A DNA stretch of 64,000 bases from Candidatus Nomurabacteria bacterium (GTDB lineage Bacteria > Patescibacteriota > Patescibacteriia > HK-STAS-PATE-3): positions 512,001 to 576,000 of the forward strand of contig CP060223.1 in assembly GCA_023898465.1 (NCBI GenBank). The letters run 5' to 3'. The translations under genes were made by a program, and so were the position numbers. The notes beneath the pieces were generated by a model that saw only the letters and a list, made by a program, of their open reading frames with translations, searched no databases and was not told where the DNA came from. Positions 54,452 through 64,000 of this stretch are shown in pieces; the first letter of the stretch is position 1; every line of letters starts with the position of its first letter.

Positions 54452-55789
54452 CTAATAGGGCTGCACGTCTAGAGGAAGATCTGTCGCAGTCGGGACTGCA
54501 TTACCTGCAACACTCTCATCATCATTCATCGGCACTACCAGGTAATAGGCAAATGAGGTAGCAGTATCAGCGTCGTCAATTGAACCAATAAAACGATAGG
54601 ATGGCTCGTAAAGGCGCTTACCGTCTGTGGTCGGCGTCCAAACCTGCACGTACGCTGGCTCAACTGATTGCACAGCTATATTCTGGGTATGTACTTGAGC
54701 GTTTTCGTTCGGTTGAGCAACTTGATCACGCCCTGGTCCCCATTTATTATCCTGCAGCTCATCCCAGGCCTGTGAAGCGCTCTTAGCAAAAATCTTCTGA
54801 TCTGATTCCTGTAAAAGCACTGGAATAACTGGGCCGGTAACATTTATCACTTTTGCCTCTGCGCCAAATTCAATTGTCACATAACGAATCAATTCACCAC
54901 TCTGATCGATGACTGGTACGCCATTTATTTCTTGGGTGTAATACACGGAGATAAAGGGCGTGTTCTCTGTCGCATTGGCAACATAAGGACCTACTGCGTC
55001 GGCTGGCAAAAGATTTCTCGACTTTAGGTAGTCTTCAGCTAGCTGCTTAGCCTCGTCTGCTGTTGGGACTGCGCTCTGATGCGTTGACAACCAATCTGCG
55101 CTTGAGAGTAAGGAATACCAATAGCGATTATCCTGAGCATAGGCATAAAGCTGATACGCATTTGGATCGCTCAATACAGTGGCGTCTGGCGGAGTTAAGG
55201 TATCTCCACTATTCTCTACGCTAGGAGTAACCACGCCGGCCTCAAAAGAAACGTTATCTTCATCAAAGACGGTAGAGCGAATAGTATCAGCTAAACCGAA
55301 TTGCTGCGCGATGGCAGTAAAATCTTCTTCTGTAACATTTCTAACGTTTTCAGAGTAAGTGCTTTGCTCTGATGTCTCCTGATCAAGAGTATTCCCATTC
55401 CAAGTATATGCATATTGCCAAACACTGAGCTGCGAAGTTTCTAAGCTAGGATTCACTGCATCAGATTCACCTAAAGTTATGCCCTGACTTGAATCGGTGT
55501 CTTGATATTTTGGTGCGCCAAAGAGCATCGCGCCAGTAACCGCTAAAGCGATTAACGCGAGTCCGCCAAAGTATGGCGCCCATCGAGGCCATTGACGAGC
55601 AACCGGCAAAGCAGCTTTGATTGGAGCCGATGGTAAACTAGGTGTTGTTTGTGCCTGTGGTAAAATTTTTGCAGCCGAAACTTGTCGAGATTTGGCTCGA
55701 GGCTTTTTCTGGCTAGGTTTTTTCACGCTGGTTGTTTTTCGAGCTGCTTTTGCTGTTGTCTTCTTCGTTCGTTTTTGTGTTACAGGCAT
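54452..55789 (-). CDS. Membrane-anchored extracytoplasmic hypothetical protein, first gene downstream of the MacB-like ABC pair
   Basis: Basic N-terminus (KRTKKTTAKAARK...), a TM (GGLALIALAVTGAMLF) and a roughly 350-aa extracellular domain. ATG at 55787-55789. Confidence 0.5.
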   Translation of the reverse strand: MPVTQKRTKKTTAKAARKTTSVKKPSQKKPRAKSRQVSAAKILPQAQTTPSLPSAPIKAALPVARQWPRWAPYFGGLALIALAVTGAMLFGAPKYQDTDSSQGITLGESDAVNPSLETSQLSVWQYAYTWNGNTLDQETSEQSTYSENVRNVTEEDFTAIAQQFGLADTIRSTVFDEDNVSFEAGVVTPSVENSGDTLTPPDATVLSDPNAYQLYAYAQDNRYWYSLLSSADWLSTHQSAVPTADEAKQLAEDYLKSRNLLPADAVGPYVANATENTPFISVYYTQEINGVPVIDQSGELIRYVTIEFGAEAKVINVTGPVIPVLLQESDQKIFAKSASQAWDELQDNKWGPGRDQVAQPNENAQVHTQNIAVQSVEPAYVQVWTPTTDGKRLYEPSYRFIGSIDDADTATSFAYYLVVPMNDDESVAGNAVPTATDLPLDVQPY

Positions 55790-55808
55790 GGAATACTGCA
55801 AAAATTAA

Positions 55809-57050
55809 TTATTCGTAGCGAAGTGCGTCGATTGGATTTAGTCGGGCGGCTCGGATAGCCGGAGCAACTCCGAATATCACGCCAATAAGTACCGAGAAGG
55901 CTATTCCGATAAAGGCGATCCTGATGTCCAGGAATGTGCTCAAGCCCAGCTTGGCTTGAATAAATATCCCGGCAATGATCGACAAGCCTATACCTATCAA
56001 TGCACCAACAATGCTTAATATTACCGATTCTATGAGAAATTGTAAAAGGATGTTTGCTCCTGAAGCGCCAATCGCCTTTCGTAGGCCGATTTCCTTTGTT
56101 CGCTCAGTCACTGACACGAGCATAATATTCATAATGCCAATTCCTCCGACGATCAGTGAAATAGCAGCAATGCCCGCTACCGCGCCAGTGAGAATGCCGA
56201 AAAACTGATCAAACAAATCAAGAATATCGTCTGCGGTTAAGACTGAAAAATCTTTCACTCCTTTGTGATTGGCAAGTAGCTTTTCTTGAATAGCATCAAC
56301 ACCAGGTTGCACTTGCTCGGTTTTATCAAAGCGAGCAACAATTCGGAAAATGTTTAAGGTATCAAGCACGTCCTCAGCTGTAGAGACCGGAATGAGAATT
56401 GATTCATTGAAGTTAGGAACCTTGCCGAGTACGCCATTAGACTCACCGCTAAACAATTCTGAAGAGCTCGCGTAAGTACCAACAATCGTAAATTTCTCGT
56501 CGAGAAGCATAAAATCCTGACCTAGTGCGCCATCTGGGAAATACATATCCGCAAAATCACTTCCCACGATCGCCACCCTAGCGCTGTCAGTCATTTCACT
56601 ACTAGAAAAACCTCGACCATTCACGAAGTTAAACTCAAGCAAGGTATCAATGTCCGAAGTCGTTGCCATAATCAAGGGTTGGAATGGCGTATCCTCATTA
56701 ATACTTACCGCTCCAGGAACGATCATCATGGGTGCTACAACACTCGCCCCATCAATCGTACGTATGCTGGCAACATCCTCGAGACTAAGGGAAGAGAGAC
56801 TGGCAAAACTGGTAATCGCTCCCCCGCCTTCCTCTCCACCGAGGTCACCTGAAATGACTGCGGCAATATTTGCACCAAAATCAGAAATTGAGCTTTCAAA
56901 TTCCTTCTGCACACCGGTACCGATGCTTACCAGAGTTACCACCGAAAAAACACCGATGACTATGCCAAGCATGGTTAAGAAGCTACGTAAGCGACTGTTC
57001 CAGATAGCACTTAGGGCTAATCGTAAATTCTCCCAAATGAGATTAAGCAT
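55809..57050 (-). CDS. ABC transporter permease, FtsX/MacB-like
   Basis: N-terminal TM, a periplasmic domain and a C-terminal FtsX bundle (GLRKAIGASGANILLQFLIESV). ATG at 57048-57050. Confidence 0.85.
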   Translation of the reverse strand: MLNLIWENLRLALSAIWNSRLRSFLTMLGIVIGVFSVVTLVSIGTGVQKEFESSISDFGANIAAVISGDLGGEEGGGAITSFASLSSLSLEDVASIRTIDGASVVAPMMIVPGAVSINEDTPFQPLIMATTSDIDTLLEFNFVNGRGFSSSEMTDSARVAIVGSDFADMYFPDGALGQDFMLLDEKFTIVGTYASSSELFSGESNGVLGKVPNFNESILIPVSTAEDVLDTLNIFRIVARFDKTEQVQPGVDAIQEKLLANHKGVKDFSVLTADDILDLFDQFFGILTGAVAGIAAISLIVGGIGIMNIMLVSVTERTKEIGLRKAIGASGANILLQFLIESVILSIVGALIGIGLSIIAGIFIQAKLGLSTFLDIRIAFIGIAFSVLIGVIFGVAPAIRAARLNPIDALRYE

Positions 57051-57708
57051 CGCGCACCTCCCCATCACGGATAAGTATTCTACGCTGAGCGTAGGCCGCC
57101 ACTTCATCATCATGAGTAACCATTACAAGGGTTCGGCCCTGTGCATGCAGCTTGGCAAAGAGGTTCATAATATCTACACCGGTTTTAGAATCCAAATTAC
57201 CAGTTGGCTCATCGGCAAAAATAACTTTAGGGTCATTCACAAGCGCCCGCGCAATCGCAACGCGTTGCATCTCTCCGCCTGATAACTGACGCGGTGCATG
57301 ATGCGCCCGATCAACCAAGCCAACCTGCTCGAGGATCTCCATTACCTTTTCTTTGCGATTCTTTTTCCGACTATAGGTTAAAGGTAGCTCCACATTTTTC
57401 ATCGCACTATAGCGAGGTAAGAGATTAAAACTCTGGAATACGAAACCGATTTCCTCTAAGCGAATCTTGGCTAAGGCGTTTGAGCCTAAGCCCTGGATTA
57501 AACGTCCATCAAAATGGTATTCCCCACTGCTTGGTAAATCCAAACAACCTAGGATATTTAAAAGCGACGACTTACCTGACCCAGAGGGTCCCATAATGGC
57601 GACAAACTCCCCTTTGGCGACCGATAGATTTACACTGTGCAGAACCTCAAGTGAGTGATCACCTAACTGATACGCCTTAACTACATTTTTTAACTCAAGT
57701 AGTGCCAT
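57043..57708 (-). CDS. ABC transporter ATP-binding protein (MacB/LolD-like)
   Basis: Walker [10 protein letters not shown], signature [15 protein letters not shown], Walker [12 protein letters not shown]. 221 aa. Confidence 0.9.
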   Translation of the reverse strand: MALLELKNVVKAYQLGDHSLEVLHSVNLSVAKGEFVAIMGPSGSGKSSLLNILGCLDLPSSGEYHFDGRLIQGLGSNALAKIRLEEIGFVFQSFNLLPRYSAMKNVELPLTYSRKKNRKEKVMEILEQVGLVDRAHHAPRQLSGGEMQRVAIARALVNDPKVIFADEPTGNLDSKTGVDIMNLFAKLHAQGRTLVMVTHDDEVAAYAQRRILIRDGEVRDA

Positions 57709-57711
57709 AAC

Positions 57712-58509
57712 TTATTCCAAAATTCGACTTAAGACTACACCAATAAGGTAAGCTGATCCAGAAGCAATTGCGCCGACCGCTAACATCTCTAAGCCACCCT
57801 TCCAAAACGTGATGGTGGAAATTTTTGATCGAAAGGCGCCAGTAAAAAACATGGTTAATCCGGTCAGCACCATAGAGGCAGTGAAGGCAAACATACCAGC
57901 ATAGCCAAAGAGGAAAGGAAGTAGAGGAACGAAACCAGCCAGCGCAAAAGCAATAAAAGTGGCTAGACCGTGTTTAGCTGGATGGTAATCATCGTCTTTA
58001 AAAATACCTAATTCCTCTTTCATCATTATTTCAATCCATATCTCACGATTGCTGCACACGGTAGCAACCGCGTTATCAAGTGCCTGACCCTGAAATCCCC
58101 AATGCGCAAAAATCTCCTTGATCTCGTGTTGCTCAATTTCAGGAAAGTTATCAATTTCCCAGTTCTCTTTTTCGTGCTGCTTTTTTTCGTATTCACCCTC
58201 TGAGCGTTTACCTAAGTAATTACCTAAGCCCATTGATAAGCCATCACCGAGAAGATTGGCCGCACCAATGATGATAATTACCGTAGCAGCTAAATCGGCG
58301 CCCGCGGCACCAGCCACTACTGCAAAAGTCGTGACGAGACCATCGCTGGCTCCAAATACAATATCAGCCAGGTAGCGCCCTGTAGCTCGCTGGTGAAAAA
58401 CATCCTCTACCTGATGGTGGGTATAATTTTCCGGTAAGTTTAGCACCTGCTTCTTACGCTGCAGCGCTTCTTCTAGCTCTTTAGGAAATGTGTTTGGGAT
58501 ATTTTTCAT
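57712..58509 (-). CDS. VIT1/CCC1-family iron/manganese transporter
   Basis: GASDGLVTTFAVVAGAAGA, a cytoplasmic metal-binding-domain-like middle region (EKENWEIDNFPEIEQHEIKEI) and C-terminal TMs. ATG at 58507-58509. Confidence 0.85.
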   Translation of the reverse strand: MKNIPNTFPKELEEALQRKKQVLNLPENYTHHQVEDVFHQRATGRYLADIVFGASDGLVTTFAVVAGAAGADLAATVIIIIGAANLLGDGLSMGLGNYLGKRSEGEYEKKQHEKENWEIDNFPEIEQHEIKEIFAHWGFQGQALDNAVATVCSNREIWIEIMMKEELGIFKDDDYHPAKHGLATFIAFALAGFVPLLPFLFGYAGMFAFTASMVLTGLTMFFTGAFRSKISTITFWKGGLEMLAVGAIASGSAYLIGVVLSRILE

Positions 58510-58560
58510 AGCAGGCACGTAGCACTATAACGCGTACAGGCTAAGCTAGCAATATCTTGA

Positions 58561-59157
58561 TTATTGGCACAATACTGTCGGCACCCCGCCTTGCAGCTCA
58601 GTTAAACAACCAGCCACTCGGGCGCGGGTAGTGCAATGGGCAGTCACGTTTTGCAAATCATCATCAGTTCTATCCCCTTGCGGAATATCGCCTTCTTGCA
58701 CGATGCAACGACCGATGCAATCACCGCTGTCACTGCACTCATTACCGCCGTCCTCAGCCCAGAGAGAGCACCCATCAGGAATAGTGGTACCACTCGGTCC
58801 CCATAGCCCGTCAAAAGCCAAGCACGCGCTCTGCGTTGAGGGCAGACAAAATCCATCTTGCCAAATCCATTCGCCTTCGGCTACTTCACAGGCACTCTGA
58901 CTCTGCGGTGCGTCAGCGCTTGTCTTTGGTGCTGGTGGCGCTACCGTTTCAGGAATCTCTTGCTCTGGCTGTAAGGCGAAGTTGTTGTTTGAGGAGTTTA
59001 CCGCATTAGTATTTTGCAGAAGCGCTGGGGCATTTTCATTTACTACAGTCTCATTTGCATTATACAGCTTCCATAAAATCCCCAAACCAACCACTAAGAT
59101 AAAAATACTGACGATAAGTAGGGGGCCGCTTAGATTTTTATGGCGCGGACGAAACAT
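58561..59157 (-). CDS. Secreted Cys-rich hypothetical protein
   Basis: Signal anchor. Ten Cys in the C-terminal roughly 100 aa. No family recognised. Confidence 0.45.
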   Translation of the reverse strand: MFRPRHKNLSGPLLIVSIFILVVGLGILWKLYNANETVVNENAPALLQNTNAVNSSNNNFALQPEQEIPETVAPPAPKTSADAPQSQSACEVAEGEWIWQDGFCLPSTQSACLAFDGLWGPSGTTIPDGCSLWAEDGGNECSDSGDCIGRCIVQEGDIPQGDRTDDDLQNVTAHCTTRARVAGCLTELQGGVPTVLCQ

Positions 59158-59158
59158 A

Positions 59159-59374
59159 TTATTCTTGATCTACTTTCTTCTTCATTTGTTTCACCGTATT
59201 CTCCATTTCCCCTAAGCGTTTCTTCAACTCTTTAGCCAGGGTGAGGCCCCGCTCAAATAGCTGCATTGCTTCGTCTAAATCTAAATCGCTTGATTCGAAA
59301 CGGTCGGTAATTTTTTGTAGCTCCTGAAATGATGATTGGAAGCTTATTTTTTTCTGTGATCGTTTTGTAGTCAT
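59159..59374 (-). CDS. xseB: Exodeoxyribonuclease VII small subunit
   Basis: 71 aa. FQELQKITDRFESSDLDLDEAMQLFERGLTLAKELKKRL matches the XseB pattern. Its ATG overlaps the xseA stop. Confidence 0.85.
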   Translation of the reverse strand: MTTKRSQKKISFQSSFQELQKITDRFESSDLDLDEAMQLFERGLTLAKELKKRLGEMENTVKQMKKKVDQE

Positions 59375-60639
59375 GTGTGTGAAGTGTTAACCGTTGAGTC
59401 AATATTTCCTTGATGAACTTGGGTGCGAATGCGCTGTCCCTTTTGAATACCTTTTGCATTGCGGATGACTGCGCCTGTTTTAGCATCGCGAGTAATGCTA
59501 TATCCCCGATCCAAAGTCGACTGCGGGGATAAGGATATGAGTAGCTGCTCGCTATGCTCTACACGCTGCCGCCAAGAAGTAAGCATATTCATAAAGCCCT
59601 GTTCTTGTTGCGAGGCTAAATGACTTAACTCTTGATCAGCTTGTGAAAGTGCTAAAGAGAAGCGGCGAAAGCTTGAGGTAAAGACTTGCAAAAGATTGCG
59701 CAATTCCTCGGTCTGCACTTGGGAACGATCAAGTATGCTTTGGATTGCTTCTTGGATTCGCGCTTCTTGTGCACGCAAGAGTGCCGTATATCGCACATCT
59801 ATAGTATCAAGCATTGCATCAAGTGCAAAGTTGATTTCTCGTCGATCTGGCACAGCCAACTCCGCCGCGTTTGAAGGTGTAGCCGCTCTTTTATCAGCTA
59901 CTAAATCGGCGATAGTCCAATCGCGCTCATGACCTACTCCACAGATTACCGGCACCTCGCTGGCGAAAACAGCTCGAGCAACCTGTTCATCATTAAAGGC
60001 GTGGAGGTCCTCGATTGAGCCTCCTCCTCGAGTCAAAATAATCACATCGGGTTTGAGACTTTGCATACCTCGCAGAGCAGCCACGATGTGATTTGCTGAG
60101 CCCGTCCCCTGTACTGGCACTGGGGCGAAGTGAATATCTGCGCCACCCCAACGATTACCTAGCACACGCAGGACATCATTATAGGCTGCGGCATCAGGAG
60201 AGGTAATCAGCCCGATGCTCTCAGGGAAACGTGGCAGCGCCCGCTTCCGTGCCTCGCTAAAAAGTCCTTCACCTTCCAGCTTGGCTTTTAACTTTTCCAG
60301 GGCTTGTTGTATTGCCCCAGCGCCCACCGGCCGGATTTCCATAACCTTGAAATGAAAACTACCACGACGTTGAAAAAGGGAGGGATAGCCAACCACCTGC
60401 ACTTCCATGCCATTCTCAATCGGCACATTCATTTCCCAGGTCATCGCGAAACAGAGCACCGCGCTCTTGGCATCCTTAATTTCAAAGTAGACTAAATTAC
60501 CCTTTGGCTCACGATAGGCCGTCACCTCACCCTGGACAGTGACCACGCCGACTGCTTGTTTCAAAAGCTCGCGAACGCCCTGGACCAGCTCGTGGACTGA
60601 GTAGATTCGTTGAGCGTTTTTTATGCGCATCTCAGGCAT
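59371..60639 (-). CDS. xseA: Exodeoxyribonuclease VII large subunit
   Basis: N-terminal OB fold (YSVHELVQGVRELL...VTVQGEVTAYREPKGNLVYFEIKD) and the catalytic middle domain. Start taken at the ATG at 60637-60639. Confidence 0.85.
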   Translation of the reverse strand: MPEMRIKNAQRIYSVHELVQGVRELLKQAVGVVTVQGEVTAYREPKGNLVYFEIKDAKSAVLCFAMTWEMNVPIENGMEVQVVGYPSLFQRRGSFHFKVMEIRPVGAGAIQQALEKLKAKLEGEGLFSEARKRALPRFPESIGLITSPDAAAYNDVLRVLGNRWGGADIHFAPVPVQGTGSANHIVAALRGMQSLKPDVIILTRGGGSIEDLHAFNDEQVARAVFASEVPVICGVGHERDWTIADLVADKRAATPSNAAELAVPDRREINFALDAMLDTIDVRYTALLRAQEARIQEAIQSILDRSQVQTEELRNLLQVFTSSFRRFSLALSQADQELSHLASQQEQGFMNMLTSWRQRVEHSEQLLISLSPQSTLDRGYSITRDAKTGAVIRNAKGIQKGQRIRTQVHQGNIDSTVNTSHT

Positions 60640-60735
60640 AGGGGTAGTATAGCATTTTGGATAAGAAAAACCGCGCCATCCTCCTTCGCATAAAGCGATG
60701 GTCGATAACGCGGTCTGCACGAGCTCAAAGGCGAG

Positions 60736-61452
60736 CTAGCCACATGGCGGACGCTCGACCAGTAGACTGGCCAAAGCGACCTGTTCGCCCCAACTCAACC
60801 AAGTCGGCATAATAACCGCTTGGCGTTCCCAATGGGTACCGGCGCAGTCTTCCTGAACAGGAAGAGACTGAAGATAGTTCAGGATAGCCCTAGCCTTGTC
60901 CTCAGCCGACTGTCTCGTGTTCAGAATCTCACCGATGCGATCCATCGAAAGACCAAGGAAGCCTGGCCCAGACAGATTGATGAAAAACACCGTGGGCCGA
61001 TTCTCAGGTTCCCGACCGAAGTAGACGTTGTCTTGCATCCCCGGATCTTGAATATCCAAGAGAGCGAAGTTGACATCGCCACGAACATCGAAGACGCCGT
61101 CTGTGATCACTTCGTCACCTTGACATCGACGACCTTGGTCAACGTAATCCACTCTACCCAGGTAGCCTACCACCCTCACGTTGATGAGGCTGGAGAACTG
61201 GATCTCGTCCGAAACCATGCCGATGAGGTGGTCCGGTTGGTTACGATACAGCGCCTGATCAGCCATGTCTTTGATCAAGGCCTGACGCTTATCGCGATTC
61301 CAGTCCGTATGTACGAACACGGGTCCGGTTGCATCGACGAGCGTCGGTCGTTCTTGCGAAGACTCGGGTGGCGTTGGCTCTTTCCCACCACAAGCAAAGT
61401 TGCTGAAGGACAGGGCCAACAGTGTAACCAAAGAAAAAATCCACGAACGCAT
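60736..61452 (-). CDS. Putative lipoprotein/secreted hypothetical protein
   Basis: Signal peptide with Cys (LLALSFSNFACGG). ATG at 61450-61452. GC-rich. Confidence 0.4.
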   Translation of the reverse strand: MRSWIFSLVTLLALSFSNFACGGKEPTPPESSQERPTLVDATGPVFVHTDWNRDKRQALIKDMADQALYRNQPDHLIGMVSDEIQFSSLINVRVVGYLGRVDYVDQGRRCQGDEVITDGVFDVRGDVNFALLDIQDPGMQDNVYFGREPENRPTVFFINLSGPGFLGLSMDRIGEILNTRQSAEDKARAILNYLQSLPVQEDCAGTHWERQAVIMPTWLSWGEQVALASLLVERPPCG

Positions 61453-61557
61453 CAGATACCCCCAGTTATTGGAACTCTTGTAAGTGATTCCACTCTCGCA
61501 GAATCGTGAAATGAGCCTGTTTCTGCCGCGAAAACATCCGGCATGAAACACCGTAAC

Positions 61558-61869
61558 CTAGCATCTGCAGGTGATTTTGTCAACCATTAGCCCCAGGCGA
61601 AAATGGTCATCTTCGCCTGGGGTATACATATTTTGCAAAAGTAAAGACGCGATGCCCTCTCCATCGCGTCTGTATAGCTCTTCATCCGGATCTTCCGGGA
61701 AATCACAGCTAGGATTAATATGCGTCTTCCAAACGATCAATCGATGCTCCTGATTCGGTAAGACCTGGACCACTCCCTCATACATCTCACCGGGATAAAT
61801 CGGTTGACAGCAACGATCGCACCAATGCGCAACTTGAGCAACGCTATGATAAGAGCGTAGGCAAATCAT
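61558..61869 (-). CDS. Hypothetical Cys-containing protein
   Basis: 103 aa with CDRCC and C-terminal CRC. No family recognised. Confidence 0.35.
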   Translation of the reverse strand: MICLRSYHSVAQVAHWCDRCCQPIYPGEMYEGVVQVLPNQEHRLIVWKTHINPSCDFPEDPDEELYRRDGEGIASLLLQNMYTPGEDDHFRLGLMVDKITCRC

Positions 61870-61908
61870 TACTCCCTCCTTCTTGCCTATCTCACTATAA
61901 TGCGAAAA

Positions 61909-62823
61909 CTAACTGTCTCGCAAGCGCAGTCTACCCTTTACCCTTTCCACAATCCTTTCTTTGCCCAAAGCATCCAGCGCGGTGGTGAAGCGCGTACGTT
62001 CAGCTTTTGGGTATGATTTTTGTATGTGTCGAAAAAGCTGCGCCGCACTCATCGCTTCAACAGTTAGTAGGGCGACGATACGACCGCGATAAAAACGACT
62101 TGAGTCGTGGAAGGGACTGGCCGGGCGCTTTGTGCGCGGTAAAGCTTTTCCCTGCTGACGTAACTTCTGAATCTGGGGAAAGGCCTGACAGGTATTGCGT
62201 AGCGGGCAGGTTTCGCATAAGGGATCACGCGCGATACAAACAGTAGCACCAAAATCCATCATAGCATGTCCCCATTTCCAAGCTTGGGTGGACGGGAGCA
62301 CCGAGGCAGCTAAGACTGCCATTTCCTTTGTGCTCAATTTTGGCTGCGTGTCTAAGCCGACAAAAAAACGAGTCAACACACGCTCAACATTCGTATCAAC
62401 CATTGCTACGGATATCTCAAAGGCAAAGGCAGCAACCGCTCGAGCAGTATAGGGCCCGATACCCGGTAGCGCTTCAAGCAACTCCACATCGGCCGGAAAC
62501 TTACCTTTGTATTCACGGACTAGCTCCTGCGCGCTTCGTTGTAAGTTTATAGCGCGACGATTATAACCCAAGCCTGACCATTGCCGTAGAACACTTGAAC
62601 GAGGAGCTGCAGCCAAGGCGCGTACCGTAGGAAATTCTTGTAAGAAAGCAAAGTAGCGCGGAATCACCCGACTGACCTGCGTTTGCTGCAACATAATTTC
62701 AGAGACGAGTATGCGATAAGGGTCACGAGTTTTCCGCCATGGTAAATCGCGCTGATGGGCCGCGAACCATGCTAAAATTCGTTGTTGAAATTTCTTTCGC
62801 CGGGTTGTGCTGGGTAGCTTCAT
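61909..62823 (-). CDS. mutY: MutY-family HhH-GPD adenine DNA glycosylase (non-canonical C-terminus)
   Basis: N-terminus LPWRKTRDPYRILVSEIMLQQTQVSRV. An HhH-GPD core. A 4Fe-4S loop CIARDPLCETCPLRNTC (C-x6-C-x2-C-x5-C). The C-terminal roughly 70 aa are not NUDIX-like. Confidence 0.8.
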   Translation of the reverse strand: MKLPSTTRRKKFQQRILAWFAAHQRDLPWRKTRDPYRILVSEIMLQQTQVSRVIPRYFAFLQEFPTVRALAAAPRSSVLRQWSGLGYNRRAINLQRSAQELVREYKGKFPADVELLEALPGIGPYTARAVAAFAFEISVAMVDTNVERVLTRFFVGLDTQPKLSTKEMAVLAASVLPSTQAWKWGHAMMDFGATVCIARDPLCETCPLRNTCQAFPQIQKLRQQGKALPRTKRPASPFHDSSRFYRGRIVALLTVEAMSAAQLFRHIQKSYPKAERTRFTTALDALGKERIVERVKGRLRLRDS

Positions 62824-62951
62824 CGCGCCCAGTATAGCATGAATAAAGACCCAGAATTATACATCTATAGATCCTAAAAGTTGACAGAAAGCATAAAGTG
62901 TTTTTAGCTCTGCATACAGTTCTTTATCCAACCGTCCAGAAGGAGTTGCCT

Positions 62952-63320
62952 ATGTGTACGACTCTGGAACAGCCTTCCGCGATTTCAGTCACAGTCAATT
63001 GCACCTTCCAGCTTGAGCCGCCTGAGTCGCTTCCAAGGGAATGTGTGCAACAAGGCCTGGTACTCAGATACACCATCAGCATCGACTCGGCACCGGGAAA
63101 TCTCAAAGATGGATCTCAAGTTCATCTCAAAGACCTGCCGCCCGAGCATCGCCAGTTCTGGGATGAGGTCGAGCGCGAGATCGAGGCCTTCCTGGGGCGA
63201 ATCAAACCCGCTCTACCAGGCTGGATAGTGAACCACATCTCCTGCTTCGTGCACGACCAGGATGCGTCTCCTAGCGTGATCACCAATCGGAATCTTCCAG
63301 CGCGAATAATCCCTGGTTGA
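62952..63320 (+). CDS. Hypothetical protein
   Basis: ATG at 62952 with a GAAGGAG Shine-Dalgarno 6 nt upstream. 122 aa. No domain recognised. Confidence 0.45.
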   Translation: MCTTLEQPSAISVTVNCTFQLEPPESLPRECVQQGLVLRYTISIDSAPGNLKDGSQVHLKDLPPEHRQFWDEVEREIEAFLGRIKPALPGWIVNHISCFVHDQDASPSVITNRNLPARIIPG

Positions 63321-63373
63321 TACTCAAAGACCCTCGACATGTTCGGGGGTCTTCCTTTTATGCTATGAAGTTT

Positions 63374-64000
63374 TTAGTCCCAATGAATATTGAGACTGGA
63401 AACGCCAAGGTCGAGAGTTAAGCTGAGATGTTTTTCTGCAGTGTCGTAATTGTCTGAGCGATAGGTTTTCTCACCTGTCTTACTGAAGCCATCCAGATTC
63501 TTCGAAGATAATCCAGCATCAACGTTTACATCTACTCCTAGGGTACTTGGCACGCTAATATCAACTGAGCTAGCTCCAGCATCAATAGCTACTTCACTCT
63601 CATCAAGTAAATCCCCTAGCGTGAGATTAAGACTTGAAGCTCCCGTAGCAATAGTCAACTTGCGCAGCATCACTTCAGTGAAATCTAAATCCATACTCAT
63701 GGCACCGCTCTTGATCAAAAGATCAATTGGCAACTCTCGCGTTAAGGAAAGATCAAGCTGATTAATGTGTGATCCAAGGCCGCTCCAATTTCCTTGAGTC
63801 TTCCATTCTACCGTCTGCACACTATCCGCATTCACATCGCTTACTTGTGACAGGCTCGTAAAGTCCGATTTAAAAGTTCCTTGGGCTAATTCAGCATCGC
63901 CAGCTTGCATATCTAATGAACCTGCTCCCATATCAATAGTCAGGTCTGCTGCAACCACGTCCGTTGCGCGCGCTAAGTCAATGTCTTTTAGTTCAACTTC
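63374..64000 (-). CDS. DUF4097-like beta-helix repeat ('putative adhesin') protein, 5' end beyond window
   Basis: Repeated L-D-L/V-D-x-S beta-strand units (SLDMQAGDAEL, SMDLDFTEVML, SLNLTLGDLL, SVDISVPSTLGVDVNVDAG). The frame stays open to the window end (the annotated M is an internal GTG). Confidence 0.55.
   Translation of the reverse strand, partial: EVELKDIDLARATDVVAADLTIDMGAGSLDMQAGDAELAQGTFKSDFTSLSQVSDVNADSVQTVEWKTQGNWSGLGSHINQLDLSLTRELPIDLLIKSGAMSMDLDFTEVMLRKLTIATGASSLNLTLGDLLDESEVAIDAGASSVDISVPSTLGVDVNVDAGLSSKNLDGFSKTGEKTYRSDNYDTAEKHLSLTLDLGVSSLNIHWD

Noticed and set aside
56650-57282. 210-aa plus-strand ORF spanning the ABC permease/ATPase junction
   Set aside because: Antisense to two canonical ABC genes.
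1-64000. Searched intergenic regions for tRNA-like cloverleaf ends (GTTCGAATCC-type T-loops with a 3' CCA) and for CRISPR-like direct repeat arrays
   Set aside because: None found. The only notable repeats are the inverted repeat at 41299-41424 and the low-complexity coding repeats.

Overview
Dense bacterial chromosomal window of about 75 mostly minus-strand genes. Many starts are GTG/TTG and some genes are translationally coupled (ATGA, TAATG). Rough local GC is about 40-48%, with several clearly GC-richer patches. Small-protein architectures (sigma-70 region-4 fusion protein, DUF-type membrane partners, MacB-like ABC modules beside giant surface proteins) suggest an uncultivated small-genome bacterium, possibly CPR/Patescibacteria-like. 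That assignment is inference only. Recognisable content: a copper-resistance operon (ArsR/YHS regulator, copA, DsbD_2-cupredoxin fusion, copZ); an ECF sigma plus membrane anti-sigma-like pair; a heliorhodopsin in an operon with a small membrane protein and an MFS transporter; a 1806-aa LVIVD-repeat surface protein directly downstream of a MacB-type ABC ATPase and permease, with a second similar ABC-plus-secreted-protein module at 53-57.7 kb; mnmA, malQ, dinB, secDF, xseAB and a mutY-like glycosylase; nickel superoxide dismutase sodN with its maturation protease sodX; a CYTH protein, an AlkD-like repair protein, a Cas4-like PD-(D/E)xK nuclease, a PEBP protein and an XRE regulator; a thiol-redox cluster (Met/Asp-rich thioredoxin, CcdA-thioredoxin fusion, Cys membrane protein); a CapA protein, csrA with a long C-terminal extension, a pterin dehydratase and a VIT1 transporter. 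The most unusual signals are (i) a roughly 355-nt GC-rich non-coding stretch with its own sigma70-like promoter and intrinsic terminator (candidate structured ncRNA, 9.8-10.2 kb); (ii) a compact four-ORF, translationally coupled operon of tiny proteins at 5970-6966 (two membrane peptides, a double zinc-ribbon and a PD-(D/E)xK-like protein), two of them absent from the ORF track; (iii) a roughly 5.7-kb GC-elevated island at 26.95-32.7 kb carrying a secreted CBM-like protein with a T9SS-type C-terminal sorting domain, dinB and hypotheticals; (iv) a VirD4/TraG-like ATPase with a membrane partner; (v) a 125-bp nested inverted repeat in the ldt-sodN divergent intergenic region. No tRNA, rRNA or CRISPR array was recognised.
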